From: Bulleidia sp.
GTDB taxonomy: Bacteria; Bacteroidota; Bacteroidia; Bacteroidales; UBA932
Length of the DNA stretch: 64,000 nucleotides
Direction of reading: 5' to 3'
Assembly: GCA_963623745.1 (NCBI GenBank)
Contig: CAVFMX010000046.1
Location: forward strand, 201-64,200
Shown here: positions 10,378 to 20,419 of the stretch, piece after piece
Layout of the letters: each line of letters begins with the position of its first letter
Position numbering within the stretch: the first letter of the stretch is position 1
Program-made: the position numbers and the translations under genes
The notes under the pieces: generated by a model
What the model saw: the letters and a program-made list of their open reading frames with translations, nothing else
What the model was told of the DNA's origin: nothing
The model's database searches: none

Positions 10378-13300
10378 GCATCAGGAAGTTCGGCATAAGG
10401 ATCTGGCTGGCGGGAGGTTTTCTGGCTCTCGCCGTCATTCTTCCGCTCTTCGCGCTGTACGTCGGCAGACTGCCGGGCGACACGGAAAGGAAAGCCGCCA
10501 AGGTCAGCCGGACCGTCACCGGCAGGATGCACCTCCTTGACGAATACATCGACTCGGCCCTCACGATCGACCGTCGGGTCTGGACAAGCCACAGCGACGT
10601 GCCGTCCGACATGGTCATCTACAGGTACATCGACGACACGCTCCAGTCGTGGATCAACCAGTTTCCGGTCCGGAATGACGACATCGCGTCCAGAATAGTG
10701 TTCCCGAGGCTGTCAAAACCGAGGGAAAGCATCCAATCCCCTCTCGCCGATGTAACGCCCGAAGTGTCGTTCGTCAATTACGGTCAGAAATGGTACCTCG
10801 TCAAGTCCGGGAGCATCGGAAACAGGAAGGTGATCGCGGGACTTGAGATTGTCGATTCGATGTCCGACGAGAGTCCGAACGGAGTCAACAGAAAACTCGG
10901 CCTGGGTCGGAAACACGCCATTGTCCCATTGTCGGAAAGCAGCGGTTCCGCCGTCATCATCGACGGCAAACCCGTGTTCAAGATCGTGGAGAACCACCTC
11001 TGGGGAGAGAACATCCGGAGCAGTTCCAGGCTCTTCTCCCCGACGGTCTATGCCGACGGCAGGCTGTTCAACTCGCTGGGGGCCGTGCTGGTAGCTTCGC
11101 TCCTGATCATCCTCTGCGTCGGCTGCGCGTTCGCGGCAAGGAACGGCATCTTCCGGCGGATCCTCAAGGCCGGGCACCGCAAACGGATCCTTGCGCTGTA
11201 CGCGGCAGGCATATTCCTCATGATCGCCGGAATCCTTGTCTTCATCCATGTGATCTTCCGGAGCATCATCCTGAACTCCAACATCTCGCTCGAACTTTAC
11301 CGGCTGAACGATCTCGGCATGTTCAGCCTTCTCGTGTACCTGACCCTGATCAGTCTGCTGATGACCGTTCCGCTCCTGACGCAGATGCTCATGCCCGCGC
11401 TGAAACACCTGACCGGGTTCCGGCACAACCTCTTCTCCGCCGGAAGCCGGACTGTCACAGCCATCGTCTTCGCCATCTACATGGGGACCACGGCCGGCAC
11501 GCTCGGATTCCGCAAGGAACAGAACAGGGTCAACGTGTGGGCCAACCGGCTGTCCATCGAAAGGGACATCAGTCTGGAACTTGAGCTGCGCAGGGTGGAG
11601 GACAAGATCGCCGCGGACCAGCTGATCTCCACACTGTCAGCCATCAAGAAGAGCGACCTCACCATCCTCAACAGAATCATCGAGAGCTACATGCTGAGGA
11701 TCTCGCAGGACTACGACATCACCGTGGAGCTTTTCCCTGAAAACGAGCAGGACAAAGGTGTCATCGCCTATTTCACGGAGATGGTCACCAGAGGCTCACC
11801 CATCTCCGAGGGATCCAGGTTCAGATACATGCGCGACACCGGAGGACACAGCCTGTACGCCGGCAGTTTCGCCTACTACAACTACGGGAGCGGGGTGACG
11901 ATGATGCTCCTGCGGGTGTCTCCGAAATCAAGCCGCGAGAACAAGGGCTACGCCAGGCTGCTCGGCTACTCCGCTCCCGGAGACGTGCTGATCCCGCCGA
12001 GGTACTCCTACGCCAAGTACTCCGGGAAGACCCTGACATCCTACAAAGGCAACTACTCCTACCCGACAGTCGTGGATGACGACCTTGAGGAGGAGATCGA
12101 CGAGGCCGTGGACGGAGTGGTGCGGATGAACGGCTACACCCATTTCATCAACAGGGTCTCCGACAATGACCTGATCATCGTCTCAAGGCCGAAGACCGAT
12201 GACTTCACCTACTTCGTGGCGTTCCTGTTCCTGACCCTGGTCTTCTACTTCTGCCTGTCCCTTCTGACCCTCACGCGGATCCATCCGAAACTCCGCGAAA
12301 GCAACTACTACAAGTCCAGGATCAACGCGGCGATGATGTCAGCCCTGATCATGACGCTCATCGCCCTTGCCACAGTCAGCGTGCTGTTCGTTTACCGCAG
12401 GAACAACTCCAACCTGAAATCATCGATGGCGGACAAGATCAACTCGCTGCAGACCCTTCTCCAGACAAGATGCCGCTACGTCGATGATTTCGGCGAACTC
12501 AGCGCACAGACGGCCTCGGGAATCTTGGAGGACATCAGCAACACGATGAAATCCGACATCACGTTGTACACGACGGCCGGCAAGGAGTTCCGCTCCACCA
12601 CACCGGAGGTGTTCGACATGATGCTCATGGGATCCAGAATGAATCAGGACGCGTTCGAAAGCATCATCTACAAGAACAAGCGGTACTACATCGGGATGGA
12701 GGACATCGGCTCCAGGCGGACATATTTCCTCTACGCCCCTGTATTCAACGCCCAGGGCAAGATGATCGCCATCATGTGCTCCCCTTTCACGGACGAGAGT
12801 TTCGACTTCAAGTCCGAGGCAGTGCTGCACTCCATCACCGTCATCACGATGTTCATGATCCTCCTGCTGCTGGCGAGGTTCATCACGGCGAAGGCTGTGG
12901 ACAGGATGTTCAAGCCTCTCTCCGAGATGGGGCGCAAGATGAATGAGGCAAGCATCAACAATCTTGAATACATCGTTTACGAGCGGGACGATGAGGTCTC
13001 CCGTCTGGTGCGGGCCTACAACCTGATGGTGCACGACCTGTACAACTCCACCAGAAGGCTCACACAGGCCGAAAGGGACAAGGCCTGGGCCACGATGGCG
13101 CGTCAGGTAGCCCACGAGATCAAGAACCCTCTGACTCCGATCAAACTCCAGATCCAGAGACTCATAAGGATGAAGAAGAACGGCAATCCGGCCTGGGCGG
13201 AAAGATTCGACGAGATCTCCGAGGAAGTCCTCAAGCAGATCGACCTGCTCGCGGACACCGCCAACGAGTTCTCGACATTCGCGAAACTCTACACGGAGGA

Positions 13301-13778
13301 GCCTGTCGAGATCAACCTTGACAGGCTCCTGAAGGAGGAGATCGACCTGTTCGACAGCCGGGAGAACATCCGGTTTTCCTACATGGGACTTGAGAACGCC
13401 ACGGCAAGGGGACCGAAGCCTCAGCTTACACGGGTGTTCGTGAATCTGATCAACAACGCTGTGCAGGCGATAGAGAACGCCCAGGCGGAGACCCGGGACA
13501 ACGGCGGGGAACCTTTCACCGGAAGGATAGTGGTGTCCCTGAGGCTGTCCTCCAAGGACGGTTTCTACGACATCGTGTTCGAGGACAACGGCCCAGGGGT
13601 CAGCGACGAAAACCGTTCAAAGCTCTTCACGCCGAACTTCACGACAAAGAGCAACGGCACCGGCCTGGGGCTTTCCATCTGCAGGAACATTCTTGAAAAA
13701 TGCAACGGCGAGATCTTCTACTCCAAGTCCTTCTCCCTCAAGGGAGCCTGCTTCACCGTCCGCTTCCCGCGCGGATAG
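10374..13778 (+). CDS. Large multi-TM sensor histidine kinase (NtrY-like HAMP-HisKA-HATPase core)
   Basis: ARQVAHEIKNPLTP H-box, NLINNA, DNGPGV, FTPNFTTK..GTGLGL. ATG overlaps the rlmH TGA. Confidence 0.88.
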   Translation: MSIRKFGIRIWLAGGFLALAVILPLFALYVGRLPGDTERKAAKVSRTVTGRMHLLDEYIDSALTIDRRVWTSHSDVPSDMVIYRYIDDTLQSWINQFPVRNDDIASRIVFPRLSKPRESIQSPLADVTPEVSFVNYGQKWYLVKSGSIGNRKVIAGLEIVDSMSDESPNGVNRKLGLGRKHAIVPLSESSGSAVIIDGKPVFKIVENHLWGENIRSSSRLFSPTVYADGRLFNSLGAVLVASLLIILCVGCAFAARNGIFRRILKAGHRKRILALYAAGIFLMIAGILVFIHVIFRSIILNSNISLELYRLNDLGMFSLLVYLTLISLLMTVPLLTQMLMPALKHLTGFRHNLFSAGSRTVTAIVFAIYMGTTAGTLGFRKEQNRVNVWANRLSIERDISLELELRRVEDKIAADQLISTLSAIKKSDLTILNRIIESYMLRISQDYDITVELFPENEQDKGVIAYFTEMVTRGSPISEGSRFRYMRDTGGHSLYAGSFAYYNYGSGVTMMLLRVSPKSSRENKGYARLLGYSAPGDVLIPPRYSYAKYSGKTLTSYKGNYSYPTVVDDDLEEEIDEAVDGVVRMNGYTHFINRVSDNDLIIVSRPKTDDFTYFVAFLFLTLVFYFCLSLLTLTRIHPKLRESNYYKSRINAAMMSALIMTLIALATVSVLFVYRRNNSNLKSSMADKINSLQTLLQTRCRYVDDFGELSAQTASGILEDISNTMKSDITLYTTAGKEFRSTTPEVFDMMLMGSRMNQDAFESIIYKNKRYYIGMEDIGSRRTYFLYAPVFNAQGKMIAIMCSPFTDESFDFKSEAVLHSITVITMFMILLLLARFITAKAVDRMFKPLSEMGRKMNEASINNLEYIVYERDDEVSRLVRAYNLMVHDLYNSTRRLTQAERDKAWATMARQVAHEIKNPLTPIKLQIQRLIRMKKNGNPAWAERFDEISEEVLKQIDLLADTANEFSTFAKLYTEEPVEINLDRLLKEEIDLFDSRENIRFSYMGLENATARGPKPQLTRVFVNLINNAVQAIENAQAETRDNGGEPFTGRIVVSLRLSSKDGFYDIVFEDNGPGVSDENRSKLFTPNFTTKSNGTGLGLSICRNILEKCNGEIFYSKSFSLKGACFTVRFPRG

Positions 13779-13790
13779 CGGGGTGGGCAA

Positions 13791-14384
13791 TCAGAAAACC
13801 AGCATCGCTGCACAGAAGACAAGGGCTGCCGCGAGAATTGCGTCAATCAGACGGCCGTACCTTTCCGAAAGGTTGTTGAGGCCGGAGCCGGCGACAAGCC
13901 ACACCAGATTCGCCACCGGTCCCGCCAGCGTCAGCAGGGCTCCGACCTTCGCAAGTTCGGCAAAGGAACTTGAATATGGCAGCACGAATGTTCCCAGAGC
14001 CGTCAGGCAGAACATCCAGACTTTGGCGTTGGTGACTTCAATGATGATTCCTGTCCTGACGGTACAGGATTTCGCCATCTCCTCCCTGGACTGGCCGGAT
14101 TTGATGACGATCATCGCCGCGAGACAGACCATGTAGAGAGCTCCGGCGTAGGACAGCCATCTGACATAAGGGCCAAGCGCGTCGCCGAGAAAATGGGTCA
14201 CCAGCACAAGTGTAGTGTCGATGAACAAGAAACCGATCACAAAGCCCCACCAGACCCTCATCGCCCGCTTCCTTCCGAAGTGGATGCCCGAATGGAAAGC
14301 GCACAAGTTGGACGGGCCCGGCGTGTAACCCAACGCAAGGATGTAAAGCAGCAATGACGGAAGCATCTGTGACGGCATGTTCAA
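13791..14384 (-). CDS. LysE/RhtB family amino-acid exporter (EamB-like)
   Basis: TPGPSN, GALYM and NAKVW motifs, about 6 hydrophobic segments. Confidence 0.82.
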   Translation of the reverse strand: MNMPSQMLPSLLLYILALGYTPGPSNLCAFHSGIHFGRKRAMRVWWGFVIGFLFIDTTLVLVTHFLGDALGPYVRWLSYAGALYMVCLAAMIVIKSGQSREEMAKSCTVRTGIIIEVTNAKVWMFCLTALGTFVLPYSSSFAELAKVGALLTLAGPVANLVWLVAGSGLNNLSERYGRLIDAILAAALVFCAAMLVF

Positions 14385-14417
14385 AATTAATCAGAATATT
14401 CAAATAATCCAAATGAC

Positions 14418-14453
14418 GCAAAAGAGACCCGCCTTCCGGGGCGAGCCTCTCTT
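14418..14453 (-). terminator. Intrinsic terminator after tRNA-Arg
   Basis: Minus strand AGAGGCTCGCC-ccggaa-GGCGGGTCTCT followed by TTT (stem includes G-U pairs). Confidence 0.6.
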
Positions 14454-14454
14454 G

Positions 14455-14526
14455 TAGTCCCAATAGGAATCGAACCTATATTTAAGGTTTAGGAAACCTC
14501 CGTTCTATCCGTTGAACTATGGGACC
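14455..14526 (-). tRNA. tRNA-Arg (CCT)
   Basis: GGTCCCA...TGGGACT-A acceptor stem, anticodon loop TT-CCT-AA, GGTTCGATTCC T-arm, no encoded CCA. Confidence 0.95.
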
Positions 14527-14547
14527 GTTAGTTTTCCACCGAAGAGA

Positions 14548-14730
14548 CTACTCAGCGCTCTTCTCGATGATCTGACGTCCTCTGTAGTAACCGCACTCAG
14601 GGCAAATGTGATGATACATCACCGTTGCGCCGCAGTTTGAGCAGGTAGCGAGAGTCGGTACCGGAGCGAAGTCATGGGTCCTTCTTTTGTCTCTTCTCTG
14701 CTTTGAGACTTTGTGTTTCGGATGTGCCAT
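14548..14730 (-). CDS. rpmF: 50S ribosomal protein L32 (Zn-ribbon form)
   Basis: MAHPKHKVSKQRRDKRRTH...CSNC...CPECGYYRG. Confidence 0.97.
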   Translation of the reverse strand: MAHPKHKVSKQRRDKRRTHDFAPVPTLATCSNCGATVMYHHICPECGYYRGRQIIEKSAE

Positions 14731-14751
14731 AGTTAATTATTCTTTAATTTA

Positions 14752-15294
14752 TCATTTCACTTTATCCATCAGATCCTTCAGTGACGCGAACGGCAATGAG
14801 GCATCTTTTTTCCCTCGGGAATCCTCCCTCTGATCATCTTCAGAACTCAGACATCTCAAGATTTCCTGATCGCACTCCCCTTCGGGATGCACCCTCTGGA
14901 CCGGAAGCGAAAGGCATACATAGTCATAGACCACCTGACCGAGATCAAGATCCGCATCCGATTCCGGAAGCCAGACTATCTCCCTCTCTCCTTCGGCGGC
15001 ATCGCTGCCGGAGGCCGGTTCCTGACCGAATTTGACGCTCAGGCGGAAACCCGTCCCGACCGGAAGTTTCAGATCCTCAAGGCATCGGTCGCAAGCCACA
15101 GTGACTTCACCGTTGACCTCACAGTCAACTCCGATGAAATGCCCCGACTTCTCGGCGGACACCTCCACATCAAGATCCGCGGCCAGAATCTCTGAATTCT
15201 CAAAACGCTCAAAGAACTCCTTCCCGACCCTCCAACGGAACTCCGTCCGTCCTTGGACCAATCCATTTATTGGAACCACAAAATTCTCTTCCAT
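14752..15294 (-). CDS. yceD: DUF177/YceD family protein
   Basis: CDRCL and LSLP..H..GEC motifs, immediately upstream of rpmF. TACCTTTG at 15321-15328. Confidence 0.88.
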   Translation of the reverse strand: MEENFVVPINGLVQGRTEFRWRVGKEFFERFENSEILAADLDVEVSAEKSGHFIGVDCEVNGEVTVACDRCLEDLKLPVGTGFRLSVKFGQEPASGSDAAEGEREIVWLPESDADLDLGQVVYDYVCLSLPVQRVHPEGECDQEILRCLSSEDDQREDSRGKKDASLPFASLKDLMDKVK

Positions 15295-15371
15295 CGATCC
15301 GGTAAACAGATTAAGGGTTGCAAAGGTATAAATTTTTTTCCGAATATGAAATCTTTTCGTGAATAGTTTGA

Positions 15372-17183
15372 CTATTCGTCATCACCGGAGTTGCCCGAAC
15401 GCTTCCTGTCCATCGGATCAAGAAGGATCTTGCGCATCCTCAGATGGTGCGGGGTCACCTCCACAAGTTCGTCTTCACGAATATATTCAAGCATCTCCTC
15501 AAGGGACATCTTCACCGGCGGCGGCAGCGTGACCTTCTCGTCAGAGCCGGCGGCGCGTACGTTGGTGAGCTTCTTCGTCTTGCAGATGTTGATGTTGAGA
15601 TCCCTCTCCCTGGTGTGCTCGCCCACGACCTCGCCGCAGTAGATGTCCTCTCCCGGATCGATGAAGAACTTGCCCCTGTCCAGAAGCTTGTTCATTGAAT
15701 ATGCTATCGCGGTTCCGGTCTCAAGGGACACGAGCGAACCGTTGGTCCGGTTCTCGATCTCCCCCTTGTAAGGCTGGTACTCCTTGAACCTGTGCGCCAT
15801 GATGGCCTCGCCCTGTGAGGCGGTCAGAAGGTTGCTCCTGAGTCCCATCAGTCCACGGGTGGGGATGTCGAAATTGAGAAGGGTCCTGTCCCCTCTCGGC
15901 TCCATGTGCAGAAGCGCACCCTTCCTGCGGGTGGCAAGCTCGATGGCCGCTCCCACGAACTGCTCCGGAACCTCGATGGAGAGATCCTCGATAGGCTCGC
16001 AACGCTGTCCGTTGATGGTCTTGTCCAACACCTTGGGCTGTCCGACCTGGAGTTCGAATCCCTCGCGGCGCATCTCCTCGATGAGCACCGACAGATGCAG
16101 GACGCCACGTCCATAGACCACGAACGAGTCGGCGTTCAGCCCCGGCTTTACCTTAAGGGCAAGGTTCTTCTCCAGTTCCTTGTCGAGACGGTCCTTTATG
16201 TGCCTTGAGGTCACGAACTTGCCGTCTTTCCCGAAGAACGGGGAGTTGTTGATGGTGAAGAGCATGCTCATCGTAGGCTCGTCGATCGAGATAGGAGGGA
16301 GAGCCTCCGGATTCTCGCTGTCCGTGATCGTGTCGCCGATCTCGAATCCGTCGATGCCGACGACGGCGCAGATGTCACCGCACCGGACACTGTCCACATT
16401 TGACTTTCCGAGACCGTCGAACACCATGAGCTGCTTGACCTTGTGCTTCTCAACCACGTCATACCTCTTGCAGAGGCTGACCTGCTGGCCGGTCTTGAGT
16501 TCGCCGCGGGTGAGTTTGCCGACGGCGATACGTCCGACGTAAGGGGAATATTCAAGTGAAGTCACCTGAAGCTGAGGGGTGCCTTCGACAATCTTAGGTG
16601 CGGGGATCTCGGTCAGGATGGCATCCAGCAACGGGGTGATGTCCGAAGTCGGATTCTTCCAGTCCTCCGACATCCAGCCTTGCTTGGCGCTTCCGAAGAT
16701 CGTCTTGAAGTCAAGCTGGTCATCCGTGGCGTTCAGGGAACACATCAGGTCGAACACCTCTTCCTGAACCTCGTCGGGACGGCAGTTCGGCTTGTCCACC
16801 TTGTTGACGACCACGATGGGCTTCTTGCCCAGCTCAAGGGCTTTCTGAAGCACGAAACGGGTCTGAGGCATACAACCTTCGAAAGCATCGACGAGCAGCA
16901 GCACGCCGTCCGCCATGTTCAGAACCCTCTCGACCTCTCCTCCGAAATCGCTGTGACCCGGAGTGTCTATAATGTTGATCTTGACATCCTTGTAGGTGAC
17001 CGACACATTCTTCGCGAGGATCGTGATACCTCTTTCCCTCTCAATGTCGTTGTTGTCGAGAATCAGCTGGCCAAGATTCTCCGGCTGACGCACCAGATTC
17101 GCCTGATAGATCATCCTGTCCACAAGGGTAGTCTTGCCGTGATCGACGTGCGCTATGAGCGCGATGTTCCTAATCTCTTGCAT
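15372..17183 (-). CDS. typA: Translational GTPase TypA/BipA
   Basis: AHVDHGKTT, ERGITILAKN, DTPGHSDFGGEVER, NKVD and GRGVLHL. Confidence 0.97.
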   Translation of the reverse strand: MQEIRNIALIAHVDHGKTTLVDRMIYQANLVRQPENLGQLILDNNDIERERGITILAKNVSVTYKDVKINIIDTPGHSDFGGEVERVLNMADGVLLLVDAFEGCMPQTRFVLQKALELGKKPIVVVNKVDKPNCRPDEVQEEVFDLMCSLNATDDQLDFKTIFGSAKQGWMSEDWKNPTSDITPLLDAILTEIPAPKIVEGTPQLQVTSLEYSPYVGRIAVGKLTRGELKTGQQVSLCKRYDVVEKHKVKQLMVFDGLGKSNVDSVRCGDICAVVGIDGFEIGDTITDSENPEALPPISIDEPTMSMLFTINNSPFFGKDGKFVTSRHIKDRLDKELEKNLALKVKPGLNADSFVVYGRGVLHLSVLIEEMRREGFELQVGQPKVLDKTINGQRCEPIEDLSIEVPEQFVGAAIELATRRKGALLHMEPRGDRTLLNFDIPTRGLMGLRSNLLTASQGEAIMAHRFKEYQPYKGEIENRTNGSLVSLETGTAIAYSMNKLLDRGKFFIDPGEDIYCGEVVGEHTRERDLNINICKTKKLTNVRAAGSDEKVTLPPPVKMSLEEMLEYIREDELVEVTPHHLRMRKILLDPMDRKRSGNSGDDE

Positions 17184-17274
17184 ATTCCATTAAAAAATCT
17201 TGCAAAATTACGGATTTCCGATGGAAAACCGAAAGATTGCAAGATTTTTTTCTTTTCCGGCGCTTCGGCGGCAC

Positions 17275-18729
17275 CTACCAGTTATCCGATCTGAACGGCA
17301 CAGCCGGCAGACTGCGGTGTCCTGTGAGATTCCCGATCTGGAAGTCGCGGAAGCAGTAACGCACCGCCACAGGAGCGGGAACCTTGTCGCTCTTGACGAT
17401 AATCTTGTTCCATGCTCCGAGACGGGCCTCGGCAGGATAGAAGACCTTGTCCTCGCCGGCCACCTCAAAGCCGTTGATTCCGTGCCAAGGGCTGAAGCCG
17501 TTGCCGCCGTCACGGAAAGTCACCTCTATCTCATTCCCATTGACCGTCATGCTCTTGTACCGGGGACCCTCATAAGGAAGGTAACTCATCCCATAAGTCT
17601 TGTTGAGGGCCATGTAGGCCAGACGCTGTCCGACCTCCTTCTTCTTGCAAGGGTGGATCTGGTCATATTCATGGGAGTACGCAAGGTCGTTGGTGCAGGC
17701 GATGCCGCTGTTCGGGATGATGTCCGCGGCATTGTGCTGGGCCTCCCTGATTCTCGCTCCGACGGTTCCGTCTCCGCCGTAAATGTACGGAGCCAGCTCA
17801 ACCTCGTAGAACGGAAGGTCGCCCTGCCCCCAAAGGCCTCTCCAAATGCTGACCATCCTGGCGAGCCTTTCGGCATAGTGCGCATAGCCTCCGGCGTTTG
17901 TCTCGCCCTGGTACCAGATGAAGCCGTTCAGGGTGTAGTTGCGGATCGGGTACAACATTCCGTTGTACATTATGAAAGCGTTGCAGGAGTTGTACCAGCC
18001 GCCCGGATCCCTCTTCGGGGCATACTGCCCGGTAGGCAAGGTGTTCTCCGGATAAGTCCTCACGACATCCTCCGGCATCCAGCTTTCCACCGCCGAACCG
18101 CCCCAGTTGCAGGACACGAGTCCCACAGGCACATCCAAAACGGCATTCAGCATCTTGGCGAAGTGCCAGCCCACGGCCGTGAACGAGCCTGCTGTCTCGG
18201 GCGAGCTGACCTGCCAGGCTCCCTCCACCGTTTCCTGAGGAGCCTCCGCGCCCGTCTTAGGAATCTTCACGAGACGGATCTTATCCCTGTACGCCCCCGA
18301 CAGGGCAATCTCTTCAATCGCCCCCTCGACCGGACACGAGCCGAAACCGTTCAGCGGCATCTCCATGTTGGACTGCCCGCCGCAAAGCCAGACCTCCCCG
18401 ATCAGGATGTCAGAAAGGGTGACGGAGCCGTCCTTGTCGGAGATGGTTATAGAATGTGGCGTGTAACCCGCGGCCGGAGTCTTGACTGCAAGTTTCCAGT
18501 TGCCGTCACGGTCGCTTCTCACCGAATATTCTTCAGCGTCCCATGTGGTTTTCACCGACACCTTGGAAGAAGGCGCGGCCTTTCCCCAAAGGTTGGCGTC
18601 GGATTTCTGCCGGAGGACCAGATGGTCGCTCAGGATCTGAGGAAGCTCTACTTTAGCCTCTGACGTGGCGGACGCGGCCGCTCCGGCCACCATAACCGCC
18701 ATGACTGTTCTTAGGAATCTGTGGTTCAT
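17275..18729 (-). CDS. Sialate O-acetylesterase family (SASA, SGNH) carbohydrate esterase
   Basis: GEVWLCGGQSNME, WGGSAVESW, WYQGETN and DQIHP motifs, signal peptide. Confidence 0.88.
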   Translation of the reverse strand: MNHRFLRTVMAVMVAGAAASATSEAKVELPQILSDHLVLRQKSDANLWGKAAPSSKVSVKTTWDAEEYSVRSDRDGNWKLAVKTPAAGYTPHSITISDKDGSVTLSDILIGEVWLCGGQSNMEMPLNGFGSCPVEGAIEEIALSGAYRDKIRLVKIPKTGAEAPQETVEGAWQVSSPETAGSFTAVGWHFAKMLNAVLDVPVGLVSCNWGGSAVESWMPEDVVRTYPENTLPTGQYAPKRDPGGWYNSCNAFIMYNGMLYPIRNYTLNGFIWYQGETNAGGYAHYAERLARMVSIWRGLWGQGDLPFYEVELAPYIYGGDGTVGARIREAQHNAADIIPNSGIACTNDLAYSHEYDQIHPCKKKEVGQRLAYMALNKTYGMSYLPYEGPRYKSMTVNGNEIEVTFRDGGNGFSPWHGINGFEVAGEDKVFYPAEARLGAWNKIIVKSDKVPAPVAVRYCFRDFQIGNLTGHRSLPAVPFRSDNW

Positions 18730-18906
18730 GCTGTGATCATTATGTTTTATGTTCTTAATGTTCTCACCCCGGAAACATCATCGCCGATGAGTTCAAGGCG
18801 CATTTCACAAATATACCGATAATCTCAGGACTTCCGAAGTTTTTCTTTCCCGGATTGGGGAATCAACCTCATTATTGGCTATATTTGCGTCATATTTATT
18901 ACGTAT

Positions 18907-20253
18907 ATGGCGAACAAACTTTGGGACAAGGGATTCAAGGAGGACGAGAGGATCGACGCTTTCACGGTGGGGAATGACCGTGAGCTGGATCACGAGCTCG
19001 CCCCTTATGACATAATGGGCACTATTGCTCACATCACGATGCTTCAGAGCGTGGGGCTTCTTTCGAAGGAGGATCTGGACAGGCTGCTTCCGGAGCTCAA
19101 GGAATTATATTCATCAGCATGCAAGGGGGAGCTTTATGTGGAGGAGGACGTGGAGGACATCCACTCGCAGATCGAGCTGATGCTGACCCGGCGGCTTGGG
19201 GATGTCGGCAAGAAGGTCCACACGGGGCGCTCCCGCAACGACCAGGTGCTGGTGGATCTGAAACTCTACGCCAGAGCCGAGATCGAGAAGACCGTGCTCA
19301 AGGTCGAGTCGCTTTTCAGGACGCTTCAGGAGGCCAGCGAGAAGTACAAGGACGTGCTGATCCCGGGCTACACCCACTTGCAGGTGGCGATGCCGTCCTC
19401 TTTCGGGCTTTGGTTCGGAGCCTACGCCGAAAGCCTCTGCGATGACCTCAGCATGATGAGAGCCGCCTGGGACGTGGTGAATCTCAACCCGCTCGGCTCC
19501 GCAGCCGGCTACGGCTCGTCCGCTCCGCTGGACAGGACTCTGACCACGAAGCTGCTCGGTTTCGAGGACCTGGACTACAATTCGGTCTATGCGCAGATGA
19601 CCAGGGGAAAGATGGAAAGGGCCGTCGCGTTCGCATATTCATCAGTCGCCGAGACCGTCGGGCGGCTCGCGATGGACGGCTGCCTTTTCTCAAGCCAGAA
19701 TTTCGGCTTCATCCATCTGCCGGACGCTCTGACAACCGGCTCCAGCATCATGCCGCACAAGAAGAACCCCGATGTGTTCGAACTCGTGAGGGCGCACTGC
19801 AACAAACTTCAGGGAGTGCCGAACACAATCCGCCTGCTCACCGGCAACCTGCCGAGCGGCTACTTCCGCGACATGCAGATTCTCAAGGAGGTCTTCTTCC
19901 CGATTTTCAAGGAGATGAACGACTGCCTCGACATTGTCGAATATGCCGTCCGCGGGATGGAGGTCGTCACCGATGTCATGAGCGATCCGAAGTACCGTCT
20001 GGCATTCAGCGTGGAGGAGGTCAATCACCTGGTGAAGAACGGAGTACCGTTCAGGGACGCCTACCGGCAGGTCGCGGACTCAATAAGGCAGGGAACTTTT
20101 GAATATCACGGTTCACTCCACCACACCCACGAGGGTTCGATCGGCAACCTCTGCAACGACCGGATCGCCGCCAAGATGTCCAGAATCGTGGCGGAATTCG
20201 GATTCGGGAAGGTTCACACGGCGGTCTCCGCCCTCACCTCACCGGAAGTATGA
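18907..20253 (+). CDS. argH: Argininosuccinate lyase
   Basis: HTGRSRNDQ, PGYTHLQ and TGSSIMPHKKNPD. TATATTTG -7 element at 18880-18887. Confidence 0.96.
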   Translation: MANKLWDKGFKEDERIDAFTVGNDRELDHELAPYDIMGTIAHITMLQSVGLLSKEDLDRLLPELKELYSSACKGELYVEEDVEDIHSQIELMLTRRLGDVGKKVHTGRSRNDQVLVDLKLYARAEIEKTVLKVESLFRTLQEASEKYKDVLIPGYTHLQVAMPSSFGLWFGAYAESLCDDLSMMRAAWDVVNLNPLGSAAGYGSSAPLDRTLTTKLLGFEDLDYNSVYAQMTRGKMERAVAFAYSSVAETVGRLAMDGCLFSSQNFGFIHLPDALTTGSSIMPHKKNPDVFELVRAHCNKLQGVPNTIRLLTGNLPSGYFRDMQILKEVFFPIFKEMNDCLDIVEYAVRGMEVVTDVMSDPKYRLAFSVEEVNHLVKNGVPFRDAYRQVADSIRQGTFEYHGSLHHTHEGSIGNLCNDRIAAKMSRIVAEFGFGKVHTAVSALTSPEV

Positions 20254-20303
20254 TCCCATCCGGAATGGAATCCGTAGAGCCGCCAACCGGTTTCTCGCAC
20301 TTT

Positions 20304-20375
20304 ACAAAACCGGAGAGCCACTAACCTGAATTTTGCACGTTACCAAAATTCAGAACAGTGGCTCTCCGGTTTTGT
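20304..20375. repeat. Long interrupted inverted repeat between convergent argH and argE
   Basis: 19-bp perfect arms ACAAAACCGGAGAGCCACT (20304-20322) / AGTGGCTCTCCGGTTTTGT (20357-20375), plus a 10-bp inner stem CTGAATTTTG / CAAAATTCAG. Confidence 0.85.
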
Positions 20376-20419
20376 CCGGTCAGGAATTCGGGTGCGTAAC
20401 GTCTTACACGCTACGGACT

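Noticed and set aside
14455..14526. tRNA-Arg as an island integration site
   Set aside because: No duplicated tRNA 3' end or adjacent integrase was found in the window.
17200..18663. 487-aa plus-strand ORF, and similar long antisense ORFs (37113-38459, 24465-25472, 36082-37047, 51646-52521)
   Set aside because: These are shadow frames opposite well-supported genes in GC-rich DNA and have no recognisable motifs.
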